From Candidatus Methanosuratincola verstraetei (lineage in GTDB: Archaea > Thermoproteota > Methanomethylicia > Methanomethylicales > Methanomethylicaceae): a DNA stretch of 64,000 bases. This document shows, piece by piece, positions 1 through 10,397 of the stretch. A model generated the notes under the pieces. The model was not told the origin of the DNA. It made no database searches and worked only from the letters and a program-made list of their open reading frames with translations. A program made the translations under genes and the position numbers. Positions within the stretch are counted from its first letter, which is position 1. Each line of letters starts with the position of its first letter. Location: the NCBI GenBank assembly GCA_049570475.1, contig CP186953.1:544001-608000 (forward strand), in the 5' to 3' direction.

Positions 1-135
1 CAAGGCTTTCCTGAGCAGATCCCTCCTTGGCGAGACCTTGGAGGCCACCTCTAGCTTGAGTTCGCGGCGTTCCATGAGCTTGTTGATCCGCTCTTCGACG
101 ATCGATATTTGGAATGCAACATCCTGAGAGGACAT
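1..135 (-). CDS. Partial hypothetical protein (5' end; runs off window)
   Basis: ATG at 135 opens MSSQDVAFQISIVEERINKLMERRELKLEV... with no stop to the window edge; divergent from gdhA across an AT-rich spacer. Confidence 0.55.
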   Translation of the reverse strand, partial: MSSQDVAFQISIVEERINKLMERRELKLEVASKVSPRRDLLRKAL

Positions 136-360
136 CTTACCACAACCATTTCGAATTAAAAAAACAGAGCTCCTTTTTTAGCTTTCCTATTGTTATGGTC
201 GAAAAAGGCGGGTGCCATTCTGCAAATTTCGCACTTGGATACACCAAGCATTAAATAAAGTTTCGATATTAGCTGGATTTGCTAAAGGATGGTTAAATAA
301 AAGAAGAATTAATAAGGAAGCTCTATCATGCATATTAGAAAAAATTAGGAGGCTTTAAGA

Positions 361-1605
361 ATGGCAAAGAAAACGCCATATGACATGGCAGTCGAACAGC
401 TAGAAAAGTGTGCCAAAATAATAGATCTGGACCCCAATGCCTTGGAGATCCTCAGGTACCCGAATAGAGTCTTGTCGGTCTACATACCTGTAAGGATGGA
501 CAACGGCAAGATCAAGGTCTTCAAGGGATACAGGTCCCAGCACAACAACGCTCTCGGTCCGTACAAGGGAGGGATCAGGTACCACCCGGACGTGACCATC
601 GAGGAGGTGATGGCGCTCTCGATGTGGATGACCTGGAAGTGCAGCGTTGCGGGCATACCTCTCGGGGGCGGAAAGGGCGGAATAGTCTGCAACCCGAAGG
701 AGATGAGTGTGGGAGAGCTCGAGAGGCTTTCGAGGGGATACTTCGCCGCAATCAGCAGAATCGTCGGGGACAAGGAGGACATACCTGCGCCTGACGTCAA
801 CACATCAGGCAGGGAGATGGCGTGGTTCATGGACGAGTACAGCAAGTACAGCGGCTACAATGTCCCCGGAGTCGTCACCGGCAAACCTTTGGACATAGGA
901 GGTTCCGAAGGGAGGACTGAGGCGACTGGAAGGGGCCTCTGGGTCACGGTCTGCGAGGCTGCAAAGAAGAAGGGCATAAGCCTGAAGAATGCGACTGCCG
1001 CCGTCCAGGGATTCGGCAACGTTGGGCTGTACTCCGCACTATTCCTGAGCTCGAGCGGCACCAAGATTGTAGCAGTCAGCGACTCGAAGGGAGGGATATA
1101 CAACAAGGACGGGTTGAATGTCAACGCAGTTGCCGATTTCAAGGCCAAGACTGGCAGCGTAGTCAACTTCCCAGGCGCAAAGAGCATCACCAACGAAGAG
1201 CTGCTCGAGACGGCTTGCGACATACTCATCCCAGCTGCGCTTGAGAACCAGATCAACGCCTCTAACGCAGACAAGATCAAGGCCAAGCTGGTCGCAGAGG
1301 GTGCGAATGGCCCCATAGCCCCTGAAGCAGACGAGATACTGTTCCAGAAGGGGATAATGGTGATCCCAGATATCCTGGCTAACGCAGGAGGGGTCAGCAC
1401 ATCCTACTTCGAATGGGTGCAGAACCTCCAGAACTATTACTGGACGCTGGAAGAGGTCAGGACCAAGCTGGACGCCCTCATGGTGAAGGCATTCAACAAC
1501 GTCTACGAGAAGGCCAACAAGCACAAGATAGACATGAGGATGGGCGCCTACGCCTGTGCGGTAGACAGGGTCGTTAGGGCAATGAAGCTGAGGGGATGGA
1601 TTTAA
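361..1605 (+). CDS. gdhA: Glutamate dehydrogenase
   Basis: KGGIRYHP, GGGKGG, DIPAPDV, GFGNVG, EGANGP motifs; GGAGG RBS. Confidence 0.96.
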   Translation: MAKKTPYDMAVEQLEKCAKIIDLDPNALEILRYPNRVLSVYIPVRMDNGKIKVFKGYRSQHNNALGPYKGGIRYHPDVTIEEVMALSMWMTWKCSVAGIPLGGGKGGIVCNPKEMSVGELERLSRGYFAAISRIVGDKEDIPAPDVNTSGREMAWFMDEYSKYSGYNVPGVVTGKPLDIGGSEGRTEATGRGLWVTVCEAAKKKGISLKNATAAVQGFGNVGLYSALFLSSSGTKIVAVSDSKGGIYNKDGLNVNAVADFKAKTGSVVNFPGAKSITNEELLETACDILIPAALENQINASNADKIKAKLVAEGANGPIAPEADEILFQKGIMVIPDILANAGGVSTSYFEWVQNLQNYYWTLEEVRTKLDALMVKAFNNVYEKANKHKIDMRMGAYACAVDRVVRAMKLRGWI

Positions 1606-1625
1606 GGCAGGATCGGTCGTCCCGA

Positions 1626-2141
1626 TCACTCTACCCTCTCAAATCGGTCGAGTATCGACCTTATCCTTTTTTTCGTCTCTTCGTCTGCCTCTACAAGCAT
1701 CATCCCACGGTCAGGAATCCCATAAACCACAATCGATCCTACCGGAGAGAGTAAAATCGCAGGGATTGAGAGGAGATCCTCTTCGCCTTCTACACATATC
1801 GCAGTCCGCCCCTTTGACCCCAAGGCGACCTTGATTGCAGAAACTGCCTCGTCGGTTATCGTCCCTGGAGGGTTAGTCACTATGCAGGAATGGGGCAGGG
1901 CAATATCCCGGAAGCCAGAGCGCTTGGTCTTCCTGTCATAGACCGCAATGTCTGGGACGAATCCGTGATCAATCAGGGACTTCAGAGTGAAGTCACCCAC
2001 GACGATTACTTTTGGGGGGCGCTTGATCATGAAGAGCTCAATTGCCCTTGCCGCATTCTCTCCTGGAGATCCGGCAAGCAGAATGCCATACTCTTTAGTG
2101 AGGTCTTGCCTAAGGCTTTCCGGGAGCCTCAGATATCCCAA
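1626..2141 (-). CDS. GTP-dependent dephospho-CoA kinase (DUF359)
   Basis: VGD...D.KTKR, NPPGTIT, VEGEEDLL, YG.P motifs; usual position after spt4. Confidence 0.88.
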   Translation of the reverse strand: MGYLRLPESLRQDLTKEYGILLAGSPGENAARAIELFMIKRPPKVIVVGDFTLKSLIDHGFVPDIAVYDRKTKRSGFRDIALPHSCIVTNPPGTITDEAVSAIKVALGSKGRTAICVEGEEDLLSIPAILLSPVGSIVVYGIPDRGMMLVEADEETKKRIRSILDRFERVE

Positions 2142-2144
2142 AGC

Positions 2145-2354
2145 TCACCGCACCCTTATCGCATATCTCCCTTCCCTTTTTGCCCCGATGACCTCGGCCA
2201 ATCTCGAGCCCGGATCCATGATTATTACAAGCCCACTCCATTCTTCAGAGAGGTCTGCGCTGCCGCATACAGGGCACTTCTTCTCCTCCCCAGAAACGAT
2301 AAACTTACACTTCCTGCACGCCAGTTGCTTTGACGAAGGGTTCGTTTTGCTCAT
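2145..2354 (-). CDS. spt4: Transcription elongation factor Spt4 (RpoE'')
   Basis: ACRKC...CPVCGS..LSEEWSG zinc ribbon, GRYAIRVR end. Confidence 0.93.
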   Translation of the reverse strand: MSKTNPSSKQLACRKCKFIVSGEEKKCPVCGSADLSEEWSGLVIIMDPGSRLAEVIGAKREGRYAIRVR

Positions 2355-2359
2355 TGCGA

Positions 2360-2950
2360 TCACTTCTTTTGATCTTCAGCCGGCTTTGGCGGCTCTCCCT
2401 TTGCCTTTCTCAGGTCTTCCTCGATCCAAGCCAATGCCCCCAAGTAGGGCTGCCGCATCGTCATGCCGATCTTGCTGCTCCTTGATGCCCCGCTGCCCAG
2501 GCTGACAGTGATGATCCTGCACCTTACGCTCATCCCCTTCTCGATCACGCGGTGCGTCTCCTTTCCTATGAGAGCACCCCTCTTCTCGTCGTATGTTATG
2601 AAGTCGTCCATGAGCTGGGAGACATGGACAAGGCCGTCCATCGGGCCCATCCTCACGAAAACGCCAAAGTCTGTAACCTCGACCACCTCGCCCTCTACAA
2701 CCTCCTGAATTATCGGCGAGTATACAAGGAGATCGAAGGACGCCCTGTGGAATATCGCCCCATCGCCGGGGAGAATCTTACCCACATTCGAAACATTCAC
2801 ATTGAGCACCGCAAGCACTGCGCCGAACTCGCGCATCACAACCCCTTCATATGTCGAGCGCAGAACCTCTGAAGCGACCTGCTCGAGCGGCTGCCCAAAC
2901 TTATCGGGCGGGATCCGGACGACATCGTTGATATGAAGAAGCTTGTACAC
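2360..2950 (-). CDS. rpoE: RNA polymerase subunit E' (Rpo7)
   Basis: DVVRIPP.KF, S1 domain FGVFVRMGPMDGLVHVSQ, TMRQPYLG; GTG start at 2950 after GGTGA. Confidence 0.95.
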   Translation of the reverse strand: MYKLLHINDVVRIPPDKFGQPLEQVASEVLRSTYEGVVMREFGAVLAVLNVNVSNVGKILPGDGAIFHRASFDLLVYSPIIQEVVEGEVVEVTDFGVFVRMGPMDGLVHVSQLMDDFITYDEKRGALIGKETHRVIEKGMSVRCRIITVSLGSGASRSSKIGMTMRQPYLGALAWIEEDLRKAKGEPPKPAEDQKK

Positions 2951-3070
2951 TGCAATCACCTTAAAACCATGAGTATGGTAAAGGCTATTCAAAGACATAT
3001 AAAAACTTGCTGTAAAGTGGAAACGGTTTTTCATACGACCTACTTTCATGGGGTGCAATCAGACCGCAGA

Positions 3071-3469
3071 TCACCCACTTGGGTCGATGATCATCCGGCC
3101 CTTCAGGAGAAGGACTCGTATCCCCTCTGACGACAGGCGCCTCCGCAGCGCAGCGTCTGCAGTTGCGACTGCGCATCCCATCTCCTTCGCCAGCTGCAGT
3201 ATCTTCTCGTCGACATCTGCCCCTTCCAAATCAGATCGTATGATGTCGAAGTGCTTGGCAATCTGGAGTGCAAGCCGGGCAAACTTACCCCGCTTGTCAA
3301 GGCTCCTCCCGATAGAGATCAGCTCATCGAGCACGAATGAGGGGACGGCGACCCTGGAAAAACCCGCCCTCCTCATCTCGGACTCAAGATTGAAGGGCTT
3401 TGAGGCAGAGTAGATGAGAATGTTGGTGTCCAAGATGACTAAGCCCTTGTTATCACTCGACGAAACCAT
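3071..3469 (-). CDS. PIN-domain nuclease (Fcf1/Utp24-like)
   Basis: ILDTN, VLDEL, DVDEKI, VATAD PIN motifs; conserved neighbour of aIF2 gamma. Confidence 0.85.
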   Translation of the reverse strand: MVSSSDNKGLVILDTNILIYSASKPFNLESEMRRAGFSRVAVPSFVLDELISIGRSLDKRGKFARLALQIAKHFDIIRSDLEGADVDEKILQLAKEMGCAVATADAALRRRLSSEGIRVLLLKGRMIIDPSG

Positions 3470-4688
3470 ATCCTATCAGCCGCCAACGGTTCGCCAGCAT
3501 ACGGCTGATCGCGACCCGCGCGCCTTCCTCCACGCACACTGGGCGCTTTAGGACGAGCTGCGCTTCGTCCTTGTAGGCTGCGCTGACGAGCCCTACAGTC
3601 ACTGAAGATCCAACAACCAGCATCAGGCTCTCCCTGGCTTTCAGGTGCTCCACCTTCTGCATCTCCTTTGTGCCTACCACCCTCTCCAGCAGGTTGACCT
3701 TGAGCTTGAGCTCAGTCCTGGTGGGAGGGAGGGTCCCTGGTTTCCCGACTACGCTACCTACCAAGTTGTCAGCCTTCGTTAGTGCTGGGTCGAGGTATGT
3801 TCCCAGACCGACGAGCCCGCCTGGTCCTACCTCTTCGACTGCCATGCTCCCGGACATTAGGCTTGAAATCCTCGTGAACAGCGGCTCGTAGGTGACCTTG
3901 CCACTCTGCTCGATCTTTATCCCGGGCCTTATCTCGATCTCGTCGCCTACCCTGAACTTGCCCTGTATCAGGGATCCCCCGAGCACCCCACCATGGAGGG
4001 AGTCCGGCGGGGTTCCGGGCTTGTTTATGTCAAAAGACCTAGCCACGTACATCCTGGGTGGCTTCGATGGATCCCGCTTCGGGGTCGGGATCGCCTCTTC
4101 GAGGACCTTTATCAGGTAGTCGATGTTTGCCCCGTGGAGGGCAGATATTGGGACAATTGGCGCCCCCTCTGCTACCGTTCCCTTGACGAAGTCAAGGATC
4201 TGGTTGTAATTTTTCAGAACCCTCTCGCGATCAACTGCGTCAATCTTATTCTGGACAATGACTATGTTCTTTACGCCTATGATCTCGAGCGCCACTAGGT
4301 GCTCCCTTGTCTGGGGCTGCGGGCAGTCCTCAGCGGCGGAAATTATCAGCATTGCGCCGTCCATCAAAGCCGATCCCGATAGCATCGTGGCCATGAGGCT
4401 TTCGTGGCCGGGGGCATCAACGAAGGAAACTTTACGGAGGACCTCGGTCTTTACTTTGTGGACAGGGCATATCTCTGAAACAGTGTAAGCCTCGGGATCC
4501 GGGCACATAGGGCACTTCCTGAAGACGGTGTCTGCGTAGCCCAGCTTGATAGTGATGCCCCTCTTCAGCTCTTCGCTGTGGTGTGCAGCCCAGACCCCGC
4601 TGAGGGCAGAAACCACGGTAGTCTTCCCGTGATCGACGTGCCCCGTGAGGCCAATGTTGCACTCGGGCTGCGCAGTCTCTTTACTCAC
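3453..4688 (-). CDS. eif2g: Translation initiation factor aIF2 gamma
   Basis: [39 protein letters not shown]. Confidence 0.97.
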   Translation of the reverse strand: MSKETAQPECNIGLTGHVDHGKTTVVSALSGVWAAHHSEELKRGITIKLGYADTVFRKCPMCPDPEAYTVSEICPVHKVKTEVLRKVSFVDAPGHESLMATMLSGSALMDGAMLIISAAEDCPQPQTREHLVALEIIGVKNIVIVQNKIDAVDRERVLKNYNQILDFVKGTVAEGAPIVPISALHGANIDYLIKVLEEAIPTPKRDPSKPPRMYVARSFDINKPGTPPDSLHGGVLGGSLIQGKFRVGDEIEIRPGIKIEQSGKVTYEPLFTRISSLMSGSMAVEEVGPGGLVGLGTYLDPALTKADNLVGSVVGKPGTLPPTRTELKLKVNLLERVVGTKEMQKVEHLKARESLMLVVGSSVTVGLVSAAYKDEAQLVLKRPVCVEEGARVAISRMLANRWRLIGYGFVE

Positions 4689-5052
4689 TCTTCTTCCCTG
4701 CTTCCTCTTTCTTCACAATTACTGCATTGATCTGGACAATGTCTTCAGTGATCATATTCCCCCTAACCAGCTTCCTCTTCCTCTCGCCGTCTTCGCGCGG
4801 CTTGAAGCCAGGGGGGGAAGAGAGCAGGAGTTTCCTCTTGGATCCGCCTGGGACGTCGCTGCGCATCGGTATCCCGCTCCGGTCCGTACCTCCAAGTATC
4901 TTGAGCTCCACACCTGGAAGACCGAATGGATCGCCATTCAGGGTGTCTCCGATCTTCAGTCCTACAAGAGCCTGTGAATGGGGATCGGAGACCGTGACTG
5001 TCTTCGACGTCCCATCAGACGGGTCTGAAACCACAAGTTTGAACTCTACCAA
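4681..5052 (-). CDS. rps6e: Ribosomal protein S6e
   Basis: [26 protein letters not shown]. Confidence 0.95.
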   Translation of the reverse strand: MVEFKLVVSDPSDGTSKTVTVSDPHSQALVGLKIGDTLNGDPFGLPGVELKILGGTDRSGIPMRSDVPGGSKRKLLLSSPPGFKPREDGERKRKLVRGNMITEDIVQINAVIVKKEEAGKKSE

Positions 5053-5158
5053 TATGCATCACCGAGATAATGACTGTTGATCACAGTTCGAAGTGTAAGA
5101 TAGTTTATATCCCTTTCGCAGCCTTGGGGCTGACTGGCAAGCGCAAACGCAGGCATTT

Positions 5159-6958
5159 TCAGAATCCCGATGACTTCCATTTTATCTTCATTAACTTGTC
5201 GATTATCGCTAGTTCGTCTTCGCCCAGCCGGTCCTTGTACTTCTCCCTGAGTATGTAGAGGTCGTTGTCTGGGATCGAGACCAGCAGGCTCTCGCCTTCC
5301 TGCACTTGCCTCCCGACCATGAAGTCGCCCTTCATCGAGATTGCAATCTTGTCGCCGCGCTTTGCCTCCTGCAGGTTCTTCCCGCTGTCCTGTATCTGCA
5401 TTATCGAGCCGAGTATCTCGCCATTCTCCTTCATCAGCTGGTAACCTGGCTTTATCCTACCGCCGAGCACTTCGACACCGAATATTGGTGGCGAGCTCTT
5501 CCTGAAGACGCAACCAGGGAGTATCCTGACCTCCCCCGGCATTGTAAGGCTGCTGAACTCCTTTGTGGCAATCTCCTCGATAAGCTTGGCCGACCAGGAC
5601 TTGAAGTCGTCGACGATGTGGTAGATCACGTTGCTTGTGAATATGGGGATCCCCCTGTCCTTTGCCTCGGCTTCGGCCTCAGGCGTGACCTTGACGTTGA
5701 AGCCGACGATCGCCGCATACTCTGGCTTAGTCCTCTTGACTATCGTGGCCTCGATGAGATCCCGCTTCGATACAGGGCCTATGTCGGAAACCCTAACCGG
5801 CACCTGCTGGGTCCTGAGGAAGTTGACGAGGGCTTCCAGGGACCCTAATGTATCAGCTTTAACGACAATCCCTTGGGAATCTGTGGAGAACCTTACCTCA
5901 GACATCTCCTCGCGGATCTTCTTGAGCGCAGACGCTAGCTCTTCATCGGAGTTGGCCACAATCAGGGGGGCGCCCGCAACAGCGCCCTCTAGCCCTGGGG
6001 CAACTATCTTGACGCCGACTGCGGCGACAACTTTTTCGACTGATTGGAACTTGTCCTCAGGGTCCCTGATCTCATTCATTGGCTTCGGCAGCAGCAGGGC
6101 CCTCACTTTTGTCACGATTGGCTCGTTGAACCCCCCGACGACTATCCTGTCGCCGCGCTCGAGCATACCGTCGTAGAGGATGACGTCTATGGTATGACCT
6201 ATACCCAGATCCTCCTTCGCCTCCAGGATTACGCCCTTGCCTTGCCCTAACGAAACATCAAGCCGCTTGAGGAGGTACTGCTGAACCAATCCGCACAGAA
6301 GGGCAAGGAGCTCAGGTATGCCTTCCCCAGTGACTGCGCTTGTCGGGACTATCGCGACGGACTTTGTGAAGTCTCGGATCCGGTCTAGGCGGTCGGATGA
6401 GAACCCATACCTAGCCAGGTCGCCAATAATCCTGTAAATCAGCTCGTCCACCTTCTCCTGGACTGCTTTTGTCTGTGCCTTGTAGGACTCAAAGAAAGGC
6501 TTTTCAGGGAAGGGCCTCCACCCTGGAACCTTGTCAACTTTATTGGCCGCAACAATGAAAGGGGTCTTCCTGGAGCGGAGGATCTCTATGCATTCCTCAG
6601 TCTGCTTCTCTGATCCCTCCAGTATATCGATGACGAGGATGGCGATGTCAGAGACCGACCCGCCCCTGACCCTCAGGTTGGTGAAGACCTCGTGGCCTGG
6701 CGTATCGATCACGAGGATCCCAGGTATCGTGACCTTCATCTGGAAACCCTTGACTACCGGTGAGCAGTAACGCTCGATTACATCGATTGGCAAGAACGAG
6801 GCGCCGATGTGCTGGGTTTACCACCACAGCAAAGCAGCCGTGGTCATGGCCCCAACCTCGCGCGCCATCACCGCGCTCCCCCTTATCTTGTCAAGGAGCA
6901 GCGTCTTGCCTACATCGACATGCCCCAATACAGTGACTATAGGCTGTCGAATTGGCAT
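5159..6958 (-). CDS. infB: Translation initiation factor aIF5B (IF2); two exons 6845-6958 and 5159-6817, 590 aa after splicing
   Basis: Exon 1 [27 protein letters not shown]...EVGAM; exon 2 TQHIGASFL...DTPGHE..RGG...NKVD; same frame, separated by a 27-nt BHB insertion containing TAA. Confidence 0.93.
6818..6844 (-). other. 27-nt bulge-helix-bulge intron in aIF5B mRNA
   Basis: GUUGGG-GCCA-UG^A-CCACGGC-UGCUUU-GCUGUGG-UGGU-AA^A-CCCAGC; removal yields ATG|ACC CAG CAC (M-T-Q-H). Confidence 0.9.
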
Positions 6959-7087
6959 CAAATGCACCCCTGAATGGCTTCTCAAAGGTAGAGAAGACCA
7001 GCTCACTCATAAATGATGCGGAGCGTTGCTGAAGCAGCTGCCAAAAGATAAAAAAGGAATCCGGTATATGAGGGCTCTAGGATCGGG

Positions 7088-7537
7088 TCAGACTACCCAT
7101 TTGGCGTCCAGCCGCTCGTACGCCTGGATGTCGGCATCGCTGAAGAAGATCGCAAGCTCCTTCTGCGCATTCTCTACAGAATCGGAGGCATGTATCACAT
7201 TCATGCTCTTAGAGCAGGAGAAGTCGCCCCTGACAGTGCCCGGGGAAGCCTCCTTTGCATCGGTTGACCCTATTAGCTTGCGCATAACGGAGACCGCGCT
7301 CTCTCCCTCTATTGCCATCACCACGACTGGCGCTGATCTTATGAAGGATACGAGCTCCCCGTAGAATGGCTTCTCCCTGTGGACTGAATACAGCCTCGAC
7401 GCTTGCTCTTCCGAGACCCTGATCATCCTCATGCCCACTATCTTGAGGCCCTTCTTCTCTATCCTGGATATGATCTCGCCGACTATGCCCCTCAGCACCG
7501 CGTCTGGCTTTATCATCGAAAAGGTGCGCTCTATCAT
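7088..7537 (-). CDS. ndk: Nucleoside diphosphate kinase
   Basis: ERTF.MIKPDAV, PGTVRGDF, NVIHASDS. Confidence 0.96.
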   Translation of the reverse strand: MIERTFSMIKPDAVLRGIVGEIISRIEKKGLKIVGMRMIRVSEEQASRLYSVHREKPFYGELVSFIRSAPVVVMAIEGESAVSVMRKLIGSTDAKEASPGTVRGDFSCSKSMNVIHASDSVENAQKELAIFFSDADIQAYERLDAKWVV

Positions 7538-7541
7538 CTGC

Positions 7542-7718
7542 CTACACCTTGGAGGATGCCCACTTGAGATCCCTGGGAACCCTCTTCAGCTCGAGCATGT
7601 TCTTGCGGCACTTGCTGGAGCAGAATCTAAGTATGGTGCCGTCATTCTTGACGTACATAAGTCCGGTCCCAGCAGGGATCTCGTGGCTGCAGAATGAACA
7701 TTTCTGGATTCTTACCAT
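7542..7718 (-). CDS. rpl24e: Ribosomal protein L24e (58 aa, below ORF-track cutoff)
   Basis: Manual translation [40 protein letters not shown]...PRDLKW. Confidence 0.93.
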   Translation of the reverse strand: MVRIQKCSFCSHEIPAGTGLMYVKNDGTILRFCSSKCRKNMLELKRVPRDLKWASSKV

Positions 7719-7738
7719 ATGGCATCAGCCCAACCAAA

Positions 7739-7957
7739 TCATCTTGGCATCAGTTTCTTGGCCTCGCGCTCGGTCTCCCTGAGCATCAGGATGTCCCCAA
7801 TTCGCACAGGACCCTTGACGTTCCTAGTGATGATCCGCCCCTTGTCCTTGCCTTCTAGGACGCGGACGCGGACCTGAATCACTTCACCAGTGACGCCAGT
7901 CCTGCCTACAATCTGAATCACTTCGGCAGGAGATACGTCACCCATCTCTCGGCTCAT
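7739..7957 (-). CDS. rps28e: Ribosomal protein S28e
   Basis: [34 protein letters not shown]. Confidence 0.96.
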   Translation of the reverse strand: MSREMGDVSPAEVIQIVGRTGVTGEVIQVRVRVLEGKDKGRIITRNVKGPVRIGDILMLRETEREAKKLMPR

Positions 7958-7974
7958 CGGGAATCACCAGGGGC

Positions 7975-8517
7975 TCAAGCTTCCTCTTTGGGGGACTCAG
8001 CAGGTTCTTCCTGTGTCTTCTTTGCTGCCTTCTTCTTGGGCTTCTCTTTCTTTGGAGCCTCTGCCTTCTTAGGCTCAGCCGCTGGTTCCTCTGCCTTCTT
8101 AGGCGCGGGCTTCGGTTCCTCTGCCTTTTCTTCAGCAGCTCCCTTCAGCCTCAGCGAAGAGACCTTTGAGACCACTTCATCGACCAGAGGCTTACCCTTG
8201 CCTGGCTCGACTATCGCAATGGCAGCCGACGGAACATCTATTCCTGCAGCTGTGCCGAGTTTCACCTTGGAGTCTACATAAACATATGAGATCTTCTTCT
8301 CTTCAGCTAGCAGGGGAAGGTGGGCTACGATCTCAGGCGGATCAACATCCTGAGCTATGACCAACAGCTTGGCTATCCCTCGTTCGACCGCCTTGGTGGA
8401 CTCATTTGCACCTTTCCTGAGTTTACCGTCCTCTTTTGCCAATTTTACAGCTTCATAAGCGCGCTCCATAATTTCTGGAGGCACATCAAACCTTACAAAC
8501 ATTGGTTTCTTGGACAT
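7975..8517 (-). CDS. rpl7ae: Ribosomal protein L7Ae with long charged C-terminal tail
   Basis: [30 protein letters not shown]. Confidence 0.95.
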   Translation of the reverse strand: MSKKPMFVRFDVPPEIMERAYEAVKLAKEDGKLRKGANESTKAVERGIAKLLVIAQDVDPPEIVAHLPLLAEEKKISYVYVDSKVKLGTAAGIDVPSAAIAIVEPGKGKPLVDEVVSKVSSLRLKGAAEEKAEEPKPAPKKAEEPAAEPKKAEAPKKEKPKKKAAKKTQEEPAESPKEEA

Positions 8518-8600
8518 ATCCTTTACCTCGGATGTCTTCATCGCTTGTTTCAATTAGACAAAAGGGAGGGTATTTATGAGCTTTGTGGTAATCAGCCGGA

Positions 8601-10322
8601 TCAATTATGCGTAAAGTACCCCACCAGGGCACCGCCAGAGCTGCACACCCTCACGAATCCATACCTGTAGAACTGGAAGACCTGGGGGAGGGCCTCGCTC
8701 AGCACCCCAGAGTCAACAAGACCCGATTCCTTTGAGGCATCAGGCCTGACTATGCTGATTGGAACCCCGGCGCCCTCAGGCAGCCACTGTACGATCGGTG
8801 CCCCGAGCGATCTGGCTTCGGCTACTCCCTCGCTGTGGAACCTGCAGAGCCCATCAGGTGTGACCTCGATGTTGAAGAGGTTCATGAGGCGCAAATACCG
8901 GCTCCTTTTTGCGCCCATCAGATCCGAGGATGGCACAACTACCCTGGATGTTGGGCCTATCCTGAAGCGCCTTGAACCCCACTCAGGATGGTCCGGATGC
9001 AACGGTATGCTGACCTCGAAGTCCCTATCGATCCCTTCGACAAGGATTGCCTTTGGATCAGCGACGAATACATAACGCTTCGACACCGGGTCGAGGAGCT
9101 TGCGGTTTATAGATGAGAGGTTCTCCCAGCTGATCGTTGCCTCGGAAGGCCTTACGCCGACCTCTAAGATGAGGCGCCGTATGGTCTCGGGCAGAAAGCC
9201 GCGCCTCCGCAGGGCTGAGATTGTTCCGAGGCGGGGGTCGTCCCAGCTTTCGTAGACTCCGGACTCTATCCCGGCCCTTATCTTGGACTTGCTCAGGACC
9301 GTGCCCTCGATCTTAAGCCGCCCGTAGTGGATTGCTTCAGGGTACTCCCATCCGAAGTAGTCGTACATGAACTTCTGGCGAGCCATGTTGACCTCATGCT
9401 CCTTGCCCCTGAGGATGTGGGTTATGCCCAGGAGGTGGTCGTCTATCCCCGAGGCAAAGTTGTACAGAGGCCAGACCCGGTACCTCGTCCCGATCCTCGG
9501 GTGCGGTTTCGTGTCTATGCGCATTGCGGGCCAGTCCCTAATCGCAGGGTTCGGGTGGTCAAGAATAGTCTTGACCCGCATTACTGCGCCGCCCCTCTTT
9601 ATGCTCCCGTCAAGCATGCCCCTCCACCTGGACAACTGCTCGTCGACCGGGAGATCCCTGCACGGGCATGGCTTCCTCTGGGACATGAATTCCCTGAACT
9701 TCTCAGCAGGGCATGTGCAAATGTAAGCCCCGCCTATATGCAGCAGCCTCTCTGCGTATTCGTAGTATATCTGGAGGCGGTCAGACTGGATAACCTCGTT
9801 GTCCCACCGCACCCCTAGCCATCGCAAGTCCTCCTTGATCGCCTCGTACGCCTCTGGCTGGGGCGGCTTGATTGAAGGCGAGGTATCCTCGAACCTTAGC
9901 GTGAAGGAACCGTTGTATATCTTTGCGTATTCGTCGCTCAGGATGGCTGCACGGCTGTTCCCCAAGTGTATGACTGAGTCGGGGTTAGGCGCAAACCTGA
10001 CGTGGATCCGCGAGTATCTTTCGGCGTTCGGCAGCGGGGGAAGCAAGTGCTGCTGGGGCTTCGTCTTCTCCTTCTCTGCAGAAAGTCCGGCTGATTCGGC
10101 CAGCGCCCTTTGGGCCTCTGGAGGCATGGCGTTGATCTCAGCCGAAACCTCCTCAGCCAAGCGGAAGATCTCGGCGGCCCTCGATTTGAGTGCAGGCTCC
10201 TCTGCAAAGGCTTTTCCTGCTACCGCTTTTGGATTTGCCTTTCCGCCGTACTTGAGAGCGTTTAGCAGGGCATGGTTGCGGAGCAGCTTCCTGATCCGGT
10301 CATCATCGGGCGGTTGGTTCAA
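8601..10322 (-). CDS. gltX: Glutamyl-tRNA synthetase
   Basis: RFAPNP..HLGN, LRFEDT, THILRGKEH, LSKS, WDDPRL; TTG start after GGTGAT. Confidence 0.95.
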   Translation of the reverse strand: MNQPPDDDRIRKLLRNHALLNALKYGGKANPKAVAGKAFAEEPALKSRAAEIFRLAEEVSAEINAMPPEAQRALAESAGLSAEKEKTKPQQHLLPPLPNAERYSRIHVRFAPNPDSVIHLGNSRAAILSDEYAKIYNGSFTLRFEDTSPSIKPPQPEAYEAIKEDLRWLGVRWDNEVIQSDRLQIYYEYAERLLHIGGAYICTCPAEKFREFMSQRKPCPCRDLPVDEQLSRWRGMLDGSIKRGGAVMRVKTILDHPNPAIRDWPAMRIDTKPHPRIGTRYRVWPLYNFASGIDDHLLGITHILRGKEHEVNMARQKFMYDYFGWEYPEAIHYGRLKIEGTVLSKSKIRAGIESGVYESWDDPRLGTISALRRRGFLPETIRRLILEVGVRPSEATISWENLSSINRKLLDPVSKRYVFVADPKAILVEGIDRDFEVSIPLHPDHPEWGSRRFRIGPTSRVVVPSSDLMGAKRSRYLRLMNLFNIEVTPDGLCRFHSEGVAEARSLGAPIVQWLPEGAGVPISIVRPDASKESGLVDSGVLSEALPQVFQFYRYGFVRVCSSGGALVGYFTHN

Positions 10323-10397
10323 CTGGATCACCACTGGTATGAGAAAGACAATTACGCAAGGGAACACTTATCTTTTTGTTGTACTTTCAGCTGCGCC

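Noticed and set aside
6818-6844. Intein, stop readthrough, or Trp-attenuator (TGG TGG TAA) explanation
   Set aside because: Too short for an intein and contains a stop; readthrough would leave 9 extra residues in switch I; the TGG TGG bases are explained by BHB pairing
5159-7006. aIF5B as a pseudogene, or as two separate ORFs (62 aa + 544 aa)
   Set aside because: Both parts are otherwise intact and in the same frame; the insertion is bounded exactly by BHB cleavage sites; the 544-aa ORF alone lacks the P-loop
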